Positions 44,262 through 54,755 are shown, counted from the first letter of the stretch. The stretch: 64,000 bases of DNA from an uncultured Chroococcidiopsis sp. (GCA_964248365.1 CAXTYC010000006.1:32001-96000); one strand, 5' to 3'. Made by a program: numbers and translations. The notes: generated by a model not told the origin, from the letters alone.

Positions 44262-44477
44262 CTAGGGGCTAGGGGCTAGAAGAGGGCAAAAGGGAGCAGA
44301 GGGAGCAGAGGGAGCAGAGGGAGCTGAATACCGCAAAAGGGAGATGAAGAATTAAACATCCTGTCTCCACAACTCCACAACTCCACAACTTCACAACTTC
44401 ACAACTTCACAACTTCACAACTTCACAACTCCTGACTCCTGACTCCTGACTTCTGACTACACAACTACTGACTACTT
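44262..44477. repeat. Intergenic tandem repeats (GGGGCTA, GGGAGCAGAG-type, CTTCACAA, CTCCTGA)
   Basis: Directly visible tandem units between fni and sppA. Confidence 0.88.
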
Positions 44478-44481
44478 ACTT

Positions 44482-45531
44482 TTAGTGTATTCGCTGTAAG
44501 GCTTTTGAGTGCTGTAGTTGCTCTAGGTTAGCATTGCCAGTACAAAATAGCACAGTGGTAATTTCGGCGATTAATACTTCAACTAGGGCGTGAAGTGAGG
44601 CTTCTGATTCGGCAGCCGCTTGTAAAAAAGGTAATGCCAAGCCTGCAATATTTGCTCCCAAGGCGATCGCTTTTGCCACATCCAAGCCATGACGCAATCC
44701 CCCAGAAGCAATCAAGGGTACGAATGGTGCTACTGCCCGTACGCTGGTAATACACTCAGCCGTAGGCAATCCCCAATCAGCAAAGGTCATCCCTAATCGC
44801 CGCTGCATAGCATTTTCTGCTCTCTCACTTTCTACCTTTGCCCAAGATGTTCCACCTGCGCCTGCAACATCAATCGCTGCTACTCCCGCACATAGCAATT
44901 TCTCTGCCATTGCTGCACAAATGCCATTGCCTACTTCTTTGGCTATTACAGGTACAGGTAGTCTAGAGCATAGATTAGCAATTTTGTCAAGTAAACCACG
45001 AAAATTAGTATCGCCTCCCGCTTGGATGCACTCTTGCAAGGGATTGAGATGCAAAATTAGAGCATCTGCTTCGAGCAAATCAACTACCCGTAGACACTGA
45101 TCTAACCCGTATTCGTAGTTAAGCTGGACTGCGCCGAGGTTAGCAAATAACAGGATATCAGGAGCAAGCGATCGCACTGCAAACGTTGAGGCGACTTGGG
45201 GCTTTTCCACCGCCACCCGTTGCGATCCCACGCCCATCGCTATTTTGTAGTGTTGAGCAACACAAGCCAGACGACGGTTAATGATTCCCGCTTGTTCTGT
45301 TCCGCCTGTCATAGAAGAAATTAGCAATGGTGCTAGCAGCTGTTTCCCCAAGAACATTGTTTTTAAATCAATTTCACTTCGGTCTAGTTCTGGTAAACAA
45401 CTATGAGTAAACCGATAGCCTTCCAGTCCATTGGTGTTCGAGTGGAATTGTACATCTTGTTCTAGGCAGATGCGGATGTGATCTGCTTTGCGTGACTCGG
45501 TTGCTGCTGACAAGTTTGAAGGAAGGTTCAC
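44482..45531 (-). CDS. fni: Type 2 isopentenyl-diphosphate delta-isomerase
   Basis: Motifs RKADHI, SSMTGG, GVGSQR, HLNPLQE, KEVGNG, GAGGTSW and ASGGLR. The GTG start at 45531 is a judgement call; the ORF extends to 45564. Confidence 0.95.
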   Translation of the reverse strand: MNLPSNLSAATESRKADHIRICLEQDVQFHSNTNGLEGYRFTHSCLPELDRSEIDLKTMFLGKQLLAPLLISSMTGGTEQAGIINRRLACVAQHYKIAMGVGSQRVAVEKPQVASTFAVRSLAPDILLFANLGAVQLNYEYGLDQCLRVVDLLEADALILHLNPLQECIQAGGDTNFRGLLDKIANLCSRLPVPVIAKEVGNGICAAMAEKLLCAGVAAIDVAGAGGTSWAKVESERAENAMQRRLGMTFADWGLPTAECITSVRAVAPFVPLIASGGLRHGLDVAKAIALGANIAGLALPFLQAAAESEASLHALVEVLIAEITTVLFCTGNANLEQLQHSKALQRIH

Positions 45532-45618
45532 AGGTGAGTATGAATCAAAGTAGTATTGATTCAATTTTCTCAGTGTGCTGGTATTTTCTAGCTCATACCA
45601 TTTTAGATTTTAGATTTT

Positions 45619-45722
45619 AGATTTTGCGAAAAGTTGAGCTAGGGAGGGTGCGGAGGGAACCTCCGTTGAGCTGGCTGGCTTAGGTGTCAGTTTGGCGCAA
45701 GCCAAACTTTTCAAGACGGATT
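45619..45722. repeat. Small dispersed composite repeat, copy 1 (inverted relative to 49573-49676)
   Basis: CTCCGTTGAGCTGGCTGGCTTAGGTGTCAGTTTGGCGCAAGCCAAACTTTTCAAGACGGATT matches the reverse complement of 49573-49634. Confidence 0.85.
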
Positions 45723-46108
45723 GGGGAATGCTCCAAAGTAGTTTTGGAGTAACAATTCGTTGGTAGCAGCCATCAAGCCTTATGGTAAGGTAGATATGAT
45801 TTTAAATAAGTGTGTAAAGTTTTTTAAATAATTCTGTTTGTTTTAGATGAGTTAGGAGTTACAGCAGCTCGTCTTATAGATTAGGACAAGTCAATATTGG
45901 TCGCGTCAATTGCTGCAAGACTTTTTAACCGAATCCCGAATCCCGAATCCCTGCTATATGCACTTGAACTCTAGGATCTCGATCCCCCCTAACCCCCCTT
46001 TTTAAGGGGGGGGGGACACAGTAGCCCGTTTTTTACTCTTTTGTGAGTAATGATAAGAGAAAAAATTACGGATAGCGATCGCCATCCGTAATTAAAGTTG
46101 CAAGTCCT

Positions 46109-47260
46109 TCAAGCGTCAACGATTTGTTGCAGCAAAGCTTGAAATCGCTTATCTTGGCGAATAGTGTCAAAAACCGTGCTACTAATTGCCAGCGTTCGGT
46201 ACTTTTCTGGAGACAGTTGAATTGCTTGTTGCAAGTTATTAATAGCCTGGTCAATTTGACTTTGCAAAGCATAACAGCAAGCAATGTTGTACCAAAAAAT
46301 AGGTGTGTTGGGTTGCAATTCAAGCGCTTTGGTGTAGCTCGTGATCGCTTCAGAGTATCGGCTCAATTCATACAGGGTCAAACCCTGGTTGTACCAAGCA
46401 CTCGTATCTTCGGGTTGAATGGTAATAGCTTTGTCATAAGAGGCGATCGCCTGCTCTTTATGTCCCAACTGTGCCAAAGCAATTGCTCGATTGTACCAAG
46501 CCCAATAATCATTGGGTTGTAACTCGATCACCTTGTCAAAAGATGCGATCGCATCTTCATCCTGACTTAATTGACCCAGCGCTACACCTCGGTTATACCA
46601 AGTTCTAGCGCATTTTGGCTCAATTGCTAACGCCCGATCAAAGCTAGCGATCGCCTGTTCATATTTCCCCCAGTCACTCAATGCAATACCTCGGTTGTTC
46701 CAAGCCAGCACACTATCAGGCTGAAACTCAATCGCACGGTCAAAACTATTAATCGCCTCTTCGTATCGTTTGAGTTGCCCCAAGGCAGTGCCTTTGTTGT
46801 ACCATGCCCAATAAGCATCAGGTCTTAGCTCAACAGCTCTGTGGAAGCTAATAACTGCCTTTTCATAACATCCACAATCAATCATTGTAATGCCGCGATT
46901 GTGCCATATTGTAGCTGCCTCTGGGTTAAATTCCAGCGCTCGGTCAAAACTATTGACTGCCTCGACGTAACGCCCTAATTTACCCAAGGCAATAGCACGA
47001 TTGTGCCAAACCCAACAGGCATCTGGGCGAATGGCAAGGGCGTGGTCAAAGCTAGCGATCGCCTCTGCATGACGGTCTAAATTTCCCAGCGCCAAACCCC
47101 GTTGTGACCAGGCATCAGCGTAATCTGGTGCAAATTTGAGCGCTTTGTTTAAACTAGTAAGCGCTGCTGCATATTTTTCTGCCTTGTTCTGGCGTAAACC
47201 GTGTTGATAATAAAATTCTGCCTCTAGGTTTAAATTCCATTTCATAGAATTTTGCATCAT
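46109..47260 (-). CDS. Tetratricopeptide repeat protein
   Basis: About ten 34-aa repeats (AW.NRG.AL..LG..EEAI.SFD.A); terminal YNIACCYAL motif. Confidence 0.92.
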   Translation of the reverse strand: MMQNSMKWNLNLEAEFYYQHGLRQNKAEKYAAALTSLNKALKFAPDYADAWSQRGLALGNLDRHAEAIASFDHALAIRPDACWVWHNRAIALGKLGRYVEAVNSFDRALEFNPEAATIWHNRGITMIDCGCYEKAVISFHRAVELRPDAYWAWYNKGTALGQLKRYEEAINSFDRAIEFQPDSVLAWNNRGIALSDWGKYEQAIASFDRALAIEPKCARTWYNRGVALGQLSQDEDAIASFDKVIELQPNDYWAWYNRAIALAQLGHKEQAIASYDKAITIQPEDTSAWYNQGLTLYELSRYSEAITSYTKALELQPNTPIFWYNIACCYALQSQIDQAINNLQQAIQLSPEKYRTLAISSTVFDTIRQDKRFQALLQQIVDA

Positions 47261-47301
47261 ACTTTAGGATGATTTTACTTTAATATTCCCAACACGATAA
47301 C

Positions 47302-48753
47302 ATGACTCAACATCTAGATGGGCAATTCCGCATTGAACAGGATTCAATGGGAGAGCGACAAATTCCTAGTAGTATTTATTACGGCATTCAGACTCTACGG
47401 GCGGTCGAAAACTTTCCTATTAGCGGAATTAAACCCTTAGCTACCTATGTAGATGCTTGTGTACTGATTAAAAAAGCTACAGCAATTACAAATGGTGAAC
47501 TCGGTTGCATAGCCAAAGAAATTAGTCAGGCAATTGTCCAAGCGGCTGATGAGGTGTTGGCGGGGAAATTCCGCGACGCTTTTGTAGTTGATATTTACCA
47601 AGCTGGGGCGGGTACTTCTCACCATATGAATGTGAATGAGGTATTGGCAAACCGAGCGCTGGAGATTTTGGGTGATGAAAAAGGCAACTACAAGCGCGTC
47701 AGTCCGAATGACCACGTTAACTATGGTCAATCGACTAATGATGTTATCCCAACAGCAATTCGGATTGGTGGGTTATTAGCTTTAGAAAGGACGCTTTACC
47801 CAGCTTTATCAAATGCGATCGCCGCTTTGTCGCAAAAAGCCGAACAATTCAAAGATATAGTCAGATCCGGCAGAACTCATATGCAAGACGCAGTTCCCGT
47901 CCGTCTGGGAGAGAACTTTCAGGCTTGGTCACAAATCTTTACCTCACACCTAAACCGAATCAAAACGGCTGCTGGTGATTTAACTCGTTTGGGTTTAGGT
48001 GGAAGTGCAGTTGGGACAGGGTTAAATACTCATCCCCAGTATTGCGATCGCGTTGCTCAAGTATTATCAGAACTAATTAGCCAGCCACTAGAACCAGCAT
48101 CCCATCTGATGGCTGCGATGCAAAGTATGGCTCCATTTGTGAATGTTTCCGGCTCATTACGCAACTTAGCTCAAGATTGTGTGAAAATTTCTCACGATTT
48201 GCGGCTGATGGATTCGGGACCAAAAACAGGTTTGAAGGAAATTCAACTACCACCCGTACAACCAGGATCGTCGATTATGCCAGGGAAATATAACCCAGTC
48301 ATGGCAGAAATGACATCAATGGTGTGTTTTCAAGTGATGGGCTATGATAGTGCGATCGCTCTGGCAGGGCAGGCGGGACAACTGGAGTTAAATGTAATGA
48401 TGCCGCTAATTGCTTACAACCTGATTCACAGTATTGAAATTTTGGGGAATACTATAGCAGCACTTGCAAAGCGATGTATTGGGGGAATTACAGCCAATAG
48501 CGATCGCACTCTTGCTTATGCAGAAGGCAGTCTAGCTTTGGTGACAGCCCTCAACCCCCATATCGGCTATCTTAACGCGGCTGCTGTAGCAAAGGAATCT
48601 TTGGAAACTGGCAAATCATTACGACAAATTGTATTAGAACAAAAACTGATGAGTGCTGAAGAATTAGCCCAAGTGCTAGATCTCCAGAAAATGAGTGCCA
48701 TGCCATCGAAGGCTACTCCTGATAACTTACCATCGGGAGGCAGCCAAAGCTAA
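47302..48753 (+). CDS. aspA: Aspartate ammonia-lyase / class II fumarase family enzyme (AspA-like signature)
   Basis: Motifs YYGIQTLRA, QAGAGTSHHMN, QSTND, GRTHMQDA, GSSIMPGKYNP and GQLELNV. The substrate cannot be settled from sequence alone. Confidence 0.8.
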   Translation: MTQHLDGQFRIEQDSMGERQIPSSIYYGIQTLRAVENFPISGIKPLATYVDACVLIKKATAITNGELGCIAKEISQAIVQAADEVLAGKFRDAFVVDIYQAGAGTSHHMNVNEVLANRALEILGDEKGNYKRVSPNDHVNYGQSTNDVIPTAIRIGGLLALERTLYPALSNAIAALSQKAEQFKDIVRSGRTHMQDAVPVRLGENFQAWSQIFTSHLNRIKTAAGDLTRLGLGGSAVGTGLNTHPQYCDRVAQVLSELISQPLEPASHLMAAMQSMAPFVNVSGSLRNLAQDCVKISHDLRLMDSGPKTGLKEIQLPPVQPGSSIMPGKYNPVMAEMTSMVCFQVMGYDSAIALAGQAGQLELNVMMPLIAYNLIHSIEILGNTIAALAKRCIGGITANSDRTLAYAEGSLALVTALNPHIGYLNAAAVAKESLETGKSLRQIVLEQKLMSAEELAQVLDLQKMSAMPSKATPDNLPSGGSQS

Positions 48754-48874
48754 AAAGCTATTAGCGACTAGGCGATAAGTTTTATTCCCTACTCACTACC
48801 AAGGGCAAACTGCTGTTTGCTCCTACTTACTTCTACTGTGCAAACTCCCAATAAAAGAGAGGTACATCAAGGCA

Positions 48875-49177
48875 ATGAATAGTCATGAAGGCTTTATACA
48901 AATAACATTTCACTATGCCAATGGTCAGAGTGAATTTTTTAATGTCCTGCTACAAGAGGACGGTGCTTTAACTCGCCAGGAACTTCAACAGCGAATCGTA
49001 AAACATCTAGAAAAACCTTGGTGTATCCTTCATCTGCCAGAACAAACAATTTGTGTCAAAACGGATCATGTGCTGAAAGTAGAAATAAAGCCTACTATGC
49101 GTGAATTTCACGGTGAAGGAGTTTTTTCTGATGTCCGGCGGGTGACTGCACTCTCACGTAGCAACATACAGCGATGA
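48875..49177 (+). CDS. Hypothetical protein (100 aa)
   Basis: ATG ORF with upstream GAGG and globular composition. Confidence 0.7.
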   Translation: MNSHEGFIQITFHYANGQSEFFNVLLQEDGALTRQELQQRIVKHLEKPWCILHLPEQTICVKTDHVLKVEIKPTMREFHGEGVFSDVRRVTALSRSNIQR

Positions 49178-49269
49178 GAGGGGCAGAGGAGCAGGGGGGC
49201 AGGGGAGAAATTACCTTTTCCCTTTTTCCTTTTCCCTTTTCCCAACTTCTGCAAGAAGTCTATTGTTTT

Positions 49270-49494
49270 ATGCAGCCTGCGGTTAGTTTAATTCGCGGCC
49301 ATTCTTACGAACAGCAGTTATTACGAGCATCTGTGGAAATGCTGCTTGATCCTTTAGGTGGGATAGCGGCTTTTGTCAAAAGGGGCGATCGCGTCTTACT
49401 CAAGCCAAATCTTCTCACTGCCGCACGTCCAGGCAAGGAATGTACTACTGAATGCTTATGCAAAACGCTAAGTGAAGATCAAGGGGCGCTATAG
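49270..49494 (+). pseudogene. Truncated DUF362-family protein (N-terminal ~60 codons)
   Basis: VSLIR..SY, LLDPLGG..AFVK.GDRVLLKPNLLT and KECTT are typical of the DUF362 N-terminus; the ORF stops shortly afterwards. Confidence 0.75.
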
Positions 49495-49572
49495 CTGGAG
49501 GCTAGGGGCTAGAGGAGAGTGGGAGACAATATTACTAATTACCAATTACCAACTACCGCGTTCCCAATCCAA

Positions 49573-49676
49573 AATCCGTCTTGGAAAGTTTGGCGCAAGC
49601 CAAACCGACACCTAAGCCAGCCAGCTCAACGGAGGGAACAGGGGCAACGCACAGGCGCAGACTTTCCGCAAAATCT
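49573..49676. repeat. Small dispersed composite repeat, copy 2
   Basis: Reverse complement of 45619-45722 over a ~62-bp core, plus the CGCAAAATCT end. Confidence 0.85.
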
Positions 49677-49716
49677 ATAGTCCCCAAAATTGCTCTAGCC
49701 TCTAATTTGACCAGGT

Positions 49717-49758
49717 GTAAAAATAGTTACAAATATATAGAAACTGACTGGGTAAGCT
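49717..49758 (+). promoter_or_regulatory. Canonical NtcA class II promoter driving the small RNA
   Basis: tGTAAAAATAGTTACa (49717-49730), exactly 22 nt, then TAAGCT (49753-49758). Confidence 0.88.
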
Positions 49759-49761
49759 GTT

Positions 49762-49813
49762 ATCACCCTCCGATTGCTCAAGCAACCGCCATCGCTAATC
49801 ATGGCGGTTTTTT
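49762..49813 (+). ncRNA. nsiR4: Nitrogen stress-induced small RNA NsiR4 (short form)
   Basis: ATCACCCTCCGATTGCT core (recognised from memory as the conserved NsiR4 segment) lies between an NtcA promoter and an intrinsic terminator. The 5' end is estimated at 49762-49765. Confidence 0.85.
49784..49813 (+). terminator. Rho-independent terminator of the sRNA
   Basis: AACCGCCAT-cgctaatc-ATGGCGGTT followed by a T run. Confidence 0.88.
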
Positions 49814-50160
49814 ATTCATTCGTAATGCACGAGGGTAAGGGGAAGGGTAAAGGTTAAAGGCAAAAAGGCAAAAAGGATGTAGGGCTTCGCCCTTGCCGAA
49901 GGCGCTTGTTGAAGTCTGAAGGCAAAAAGGATTAAGGTTCAAGGTTCAACTTTGTCAAAGTTGAAAATCCACACTTCCAACGAAATACTTCATACTTCAT
50001 ACTTCATCCTTTATATTTCCCTCACTCCTCTTTAAGATTGTTGACTATGAAACAGTGCTACTAAAAGGAGCGGTTAAAATAGTAGTAGGGTGGCAAAACT
50101 GCCTAAGTTTATTGCACAAAATTAACGCTTTTTGCTCAAAACAAGGTTCTTAACAATTTT

Positions 50161-50349
50161 ATGGATTCTAGTAGTAGTCAGTCTGCCAGTCAGTGCGAGA
50201 AATCTTCTCACAGGTTGGCAGACATTTGCGGAACAGCGATCGCACTGTTGACTCTGACTGTACCTTTATGGATGATCGCTCAGTACTCATCAAGTAATGC
50301 TCAACTCGTACAACCAGTTACCTATACGCTACAAAGCTCTGATAATTAA
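50161..50349 (+). CDS. Small hypothetical single-TM protein
   Basis: 62 aa with one hydrophobic helix ([17 protein letters not shown]); contains a HIP1 site. Confidence 0.65.
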   Translation: MDSSSSQSASQCEKSSHRLADICGTAIALLTLTVPLWMIAQYSSSNAQLVQPVTYTLQSSDN

Positions 50350-50598
50350 ACTAGAGGAACTAGAGACTAGGGGCTAGCCCAGCGCGTGAAGGCAGGGGAG
50401 CAGAGGAAGCAGGGGAGCTGGGGGGGAAAGAAAAATTACCAAGCCCAGAATTACGAATTATTCTGTCCTTTTGGTAATGACACTATTAGCACAGATGGAA
50501 CTGCGCTCTAAGATTCCAAGCTGTCCATCATTAGCCTAAAATGCTACACGGGGAGTTGTGAATAGTACCCCCAATTGCTGTCATCTTGGAGAACCATT

Positions 50599-51117
50599 GT
50601 GGACTTATCCCGCATTCCAGCCCAGCCCAAATCAGGTATAATCAACGTTTTGATTGAAATTACAGCCGGAAGCAAAAACAAATACGAATACGATAAGGAT
50701 TTGCAAGCATTTGCTTTAGATCGAGTGCTGTATTCATCGGTACAGTATCCCTATGACTATGGTTTTGTCCCCAATACCCTAGCTGATGATGGCGATCCGT
50801 TGGACGGTATGGTGTTGATAGATGAGCCAACTTTTCCAGGTTGCATCATAGCTGCTCGACCAATTGGTATGTTGGAGATGATTGACGGTGGCGATCGCGA
50901 TGAAAAAATTCTCTGTGTCCCTGACAAAGACCCGCGCTATACTCATGTTAAATCTCTCAAAGACATAGCACCCCACCGATTAGACGAAATTGCCGAATTT
51001 TTCCGGTCATACAAAAATTTGGAGAAGAAGGTAACGGAAATTCGCGGTTGGCAAGATGTAGATCAAGTAATGCCTTTAGTGGAAAAATGCATCAAAGCTG
51101 GTAGCGAAAAAGGTTGA
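50599..51117 (+). CDS. ppa: Soluble inorganic pyrophosphatase (family I)
   Basis: Motifs [37 protein letters not shown] and FFRSYK; GGAGA RBS before GTG 50599. Confidence 0.96.
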   Translation: MDLSRIPAQPKSGIINVLIEITAGSKNKYEYDKDLQAFALDRVLYSSVQYPYDYGFVPNTLADDGDPLDGMVLIDEPTFPGCIIAARPIGMLEMIDGGDRDEKILCVPDKDPRYTHVKSLKDIAPHRLDEIAEFFRSYKNLEKKVTEIRGWQDVDQVMPLVEKCIKAGSEKG

Positions 51118-51339
51118 TCCGAAATCAGTTACCAGTTACCAGTTACCAGTTACCAGTTAAAAGAAAAGGGAAAAGGGAAAAGGGAAGAGGTAATTCGTAA
51201 TTCGTAATAGCCTTTGGCAAGGCTTCACCTACGTAATTCGTAATTGATCATTCTCCCCCTGCTTCCCCTGCTCAAGAACGCTCCCCCTGCTTTCACGCGC
51301 GCCCCTAGCCCCCAATCCCTAGCCCCAAGCCCCCCTAAA

Positions 51340-51726
51340 ATGCAGCGATTGCTCCTTTTAGCCAAAATTCACAGTTGCACCCTCACGGCGGCTAATTTGA
51401 ACTATGTGGGTAGTATCAGTATCGATCAAACCCTCTTAGATGCCGCTGGAATTTTACCTTATGAGCAGGTGCAAGTAGTTAACGTTAGCAATGGGGAGCG
51501 ATTAATTACCTATGCGATCGCAGCCCCGCCTAACTCTGGTGCGATCGAGCTAAACGGAGCTGCCGCTCGTCTGGGAATGGTAGGCGATCGTATAATTATC
51601 ATGACTTATGGACAATTCACCCCAGAAGAAATCAAAACCTTCTGTCCCACCGTTGTCTTGGTAGATGAAAAAAATCGTTTGCAGGAAGTGCGACGCTACG
51701 ATGACCTACTGCTTGCACAGGTTTAG
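51340..51726 (+). CDS. panD: Aspartate 1-decarboxylase
   Basis: [14 protein letters not shown] pyruvoyl cleavage site, NGERLITY and LNGAAAR. Start moved to ATG 51340. Confidence 0.95.
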   Translation: MQRLLLLAKIHSCTLTAANLNYVGSISIDQTLLDAAGILPYEQVQVVNVSNGERLITYAIAAPPNSGAIELNGAAARLGMVGDRIIIMTYGQFTPEEIKTFCPTVVLVDEKNRLQEVRRYDDLLLAQV

Positions 51727-51814
51727 TTTAAAGTAGGCTTTATTCTCTTTCAACGTACAATTACATATTACTGTATTAGATATGACAAATTTTTTTTGCT
51801 TGTTATCTATTAAA

Positions 51815-52426
51815 CTAAATATTTAGTTTAGGAAAGCCTTCATACCACTTGCTGTGGTCGCCTTGATGATTATCCATGCCTTGTCTTGTAAGAAATCCTT
51901 TCGGCTCAATATAACTGTAAATCTCCTTTGTTGGCTTCTCATACCAACCAATATTGAAAGCACAAAGCTTGGGAAAAAAACTGATTGATGAGTAAGGTAT
52001 GTGGTCATGAATATACCAGGCTAAAGGTCGGAAATCACCAGTATCTTCGTAAAGATCTAAATACCAATGAACTACAATGCAAGCCATTGCACCCATTTTT
52101 CCGACCTTTAGCTCATCCCAAGTATGGCTTGCTGTATTATCCTTACCGCAGTTATGTCCCTTTTCATTACAAATTTGGTTAAGTTCTTTAGACCGATAAC
52201 CAAAAACGGATACTGAGCCACCCAAAAGTAGCATATAAGGGTTCAAGTAATTGTTCATATAAGTGCCTACCCGCCTCAATTGCGCTCATCAGGGTTATCT
52301 GGAATATTCGATTTACCGTAAAAATTAGTCACCTCGCTCATCAGAAAATCCCTAAAAAAGAAATTTTTAAAACAAGCGAACTCGACCAAGGTTCTCAAGA
52401 CTTGCAACTGATTTAGGCATTTTCAT
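51815..52426 (-). pseudogene. Decayed hypothetical gene (one nonsense codon and probably two frameshifts)
   Basis: Reads MKMPKSVASLENLGRVRLF*KFLFRDFLMSEVTNFYGKSNIPDNPD, then after a shift AIEAGRHLYEQLLEPLYATFGWLSIR, then after another shift GYRSKELNQICNEKGHNC...HTWD...WYEGFPKLNI. Confidence 0.7.
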
Positions 52427-52701
52427 GACTGATGATTCACACTATTTTCAGGCAAAAATGCAATATAAATGTGATAACTTCCTGACTAGGTGCGGAGCAA
52501 CTGTGAATTTACGTAAATCCTATGACTACTTGATTTTGAAAGCCTAAATTAAGCAGCAAATACTTATAGCTTCGTTCAAAAGATTCCTTTTTATTAGGGA
52601 GATGATATAAATTTTCTTATAATATAATTAAGAAAATTTTAGCTATAGAAAAACTTGAGCAGAGATTAAAGGATAATCCTAAACAAAAGGGGCTGGTATT
52701 T

Positions 52702-53529
52702 ATGAAGAAACTGATTAAAGGGCTGGGAGAATTCAAAACCAATTATTTCTCTACTCATTTGGAGTTGTTTGAACAACTTGCTCATGGTCAAAAACCTAGA
52801 GTCTTATTTGTCACCTGTTCAGACTCCCGCATCGATCCTAATTTGATTACCCAAACAGAAGTGGGCGAGTTATTTGTAATTCGCAACGCAGGTAATATTA
52901 TCCCACCTTTTGGGGCAGCTAATGGCGGTGAGGGCGCAGCTGTAGAGTATGCAATTCATGCTTTAGGTATCGAGCAAATTGTTGTCTGTGGTCATTCTCA
53001 CTGTGGGGCAATGAAAGGGCTGCTGCAATTAAATAAGCTTCAAGAAGATATGCCACTTGTTTACGACTGGCTCAAACACGCTGAAGCTACTCGACGACTG
53101 GTGAAAGAGAACTATAGTACTTATCAGGGTGAGGAACTGCTAGAAGTCACTATTGCCGAGAATGTATTAACGCAAATTGACAATCTGAAAACTTATCCCG
53201 TCGTCCACTCCAAACTGTATCAAGGTAAGCTGAAGATTTATGGTTGGGTTTATCACCTCGAAACAGGTGAAGTACTGGCATACGATCCAGAAAGCCATGC
53301 TTATATAGCTCCCCAAAGTCAGTTGCGTGACGGTGAATCTGAAGATGGACTAGCTCCAGGTCAATTTACTACTACAACTGCTCCTTTGGTAGCTTGCGAA
53401 ATGCCTCACCATCACCGTGAGCAGCAGGCGGCGGCTGAACATAAAGGAAATGGTAGTAGCAAAAACCCGCAGCCAATGCCTTGGCTACCACCAGAACAGG
53501 CAGAGCGGATTTATCGGGGATCTAGGTAA
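52702..53529 (+). CDS. ccaA: Beta-class carbonic anhydrase, carboxysomal CcaA type
   Basis: Zn ligands CSDSR and HSHCG, RNAGN motif, and the C-terminal WLPPEQAERIYRGS tail characteristic of CcaA. Confidence 0.9.
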   Translation: MKKLIKGLGEFKTNYFSTHLELFEQLAHGQKPRVLFVTCSDSRIDPNLITQTEVGELFVIRNAGNIIPPFGAANGGEGAAVEYAIHALGIEQIVVCGHSHCGAMKGLLQLNKLQEDMPLVYDWLKHAEATRRLVKENYSTYQGEELLEVTIAENVLTQIDNLKTYPVVHSKLYQGKLKIYGWVYHLETGEVLAYDPESHAYIAPQSQLRDGESEDGLAPGQFTTTTAPLVACEMPHHHREQQAAAEHKGNGSSKNPQPMPWLPPEQAERIYRGSR

Positions 53530-53618
53530 GATAGGTATTCGGGGCGATCGCCTTTGCCAAGCGTAATGATTACTTTGGCGTTGCTTTATCATATGAGTGT
53601 GTGCAACGAGCGCAGAAT

Positions 53619-54710
53619 TTATGCAGGTTGTACAAGCGATCGCCTTTGAGCATTTACTACCTTAGTAATTTTTTGGAGTTGTTGTAAAACCTCACCCCCC
53701 GTAAACATAGCTTCTGCCTTGGCTATACCTGACTTTATATCCTCACAAATGCCCCCGCGCCACAGATAAAATCCTCCATTCCAAATAGCAGATTGCATCA
53801 ATTCTGAAGGTTTTCCGTGCAAAACTGACTTCATATCTGTCACTAACTGCTCTGTGGATTCGATGGGTGGATTCTTGCTACTAAAGCCGTATTCACGCGG
53901 TACTAGCTGTAGACGATTGATCGGGGCAATTGTCGTTTCATGCTGTACATCTGGTGCAGATAAGCCGATAATATTTGTCCGTTCTCGTGGTAAATCGCAA
54001 CTACCTTCTAATCCTTTTACCGTTGTGAAATTTTTATTTCCACGCAGAGCAAAAGCTATTTGGAACATTATTTCTGTAGGAGGATGGACAAACCCAGCAA
54101 TAATGTGAGCATCTCCGGCATAAGGACACCAGATCAATTCCATCGTGGCAAAAGGCGGACGTTTGCCAATTTGGTCGCGGTAGTCAAAAACTGTTTGAGC
54201 TTGGGGGAAATGCTGCGGTAGATAAATTAGCCCCACGCCACAAGAAGTAAATACCTCCTGAGTTTGGGCGAGTTTTAATCCAGTCCAATCAACTCCTAGT
54301 CCTTGCCAAATTTCTACCAGTGGTACTCCATACTTAGTAGGCATCCGATCGCTGCCATGCATAATTACAGGTTGCCCAGCAGCACACAGTAGTAAAGTTG
54401 TCAAAACATTTACAGGGGCAGTGCGATCGCGTCCATCATAAGGAACGCCCAAAACTATTACCGGACGTGGCGTGTCAATTGGTTGCAGTTTTGGTCCCAA
54501 TTCATCATAAGCATCTAACATACCTGCCAATTCTTCCCCTGTGGGACGTTTAATTCTGTGTGCAATCAGAAACGCCCCAATCTGTGCTGGTGTCGCCTCA
54601 CCCAGCAAAATCATTCGAGTTGCTGCCGCAGCTTCAGTCCGAGTTAAATTCTCTCCTGTGTGGGTTCCACTACCCACTTTTCGCACAAAATCCCTAAATA
54701 CATTACTCAT
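53619..54710 (-). CDS. cnaT: TrpD-like (anthranilate phosphoribosyltransferase fold) nitrate-assimilation factor CnaT
   Basis: Motifs ATPAQIGAFLIAHRIKRP, IMHG, RDQIGKRPP and KGLEGS; directly downstream of ntcB next to nirA. Confidence 0.82.
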   Translation of the reverse strand: MSNVFRDFVRKVGSGTHTGENLTRTEAAAATRMILLGEATPAQIGAFLIAHRIKRPTGEELAGMLDAYDELGPKLQPIDTPRPVIVLGVPYDGRDRTAPVNVLTTLLLCAAGQPVIMHGSDRMPTKYGVPLVEIWQGLGVDWTGLKLAQTQEVFTSCGVGLIYLPQHFPQAQTVFDYRDQIGKRPPFATMELIWCPYAGDAHIIAGFVHPPTEIMFQIAFALRGNKNFTTVKGLEGSCDLPRERTNIIGLSAPDVQHETTIAPINRLQLVPREYGFSSKNPPIESTEQLVTDMKSVLHGKPSELMQSAIWNGGFYLWRGGICEDIKSGIAKAEAMFTGGEVLQQLQKITKVVNAQRRSLVQPA

Positions 54711-54755
54711 AGTTATATCACTCAATCAATTCGCAATTCGTAATAGACGCAGGCG

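Noticed and set aside
49174..49269. N-terminal extension of the DUF362 ORF (similar extensions on panD, the ABC ATPase and the first GT2)
   Set aside because: Encoded by intergenic repeats or leader sequence; downstream ATG starts fit the family N-termini or RBS better.
49581..49838. 85-aa ORF from the track
   Set aside because: It is assembled from a dispersed repeat, the NtcA promoter and the sRNA with its terminator; not a credible protein.
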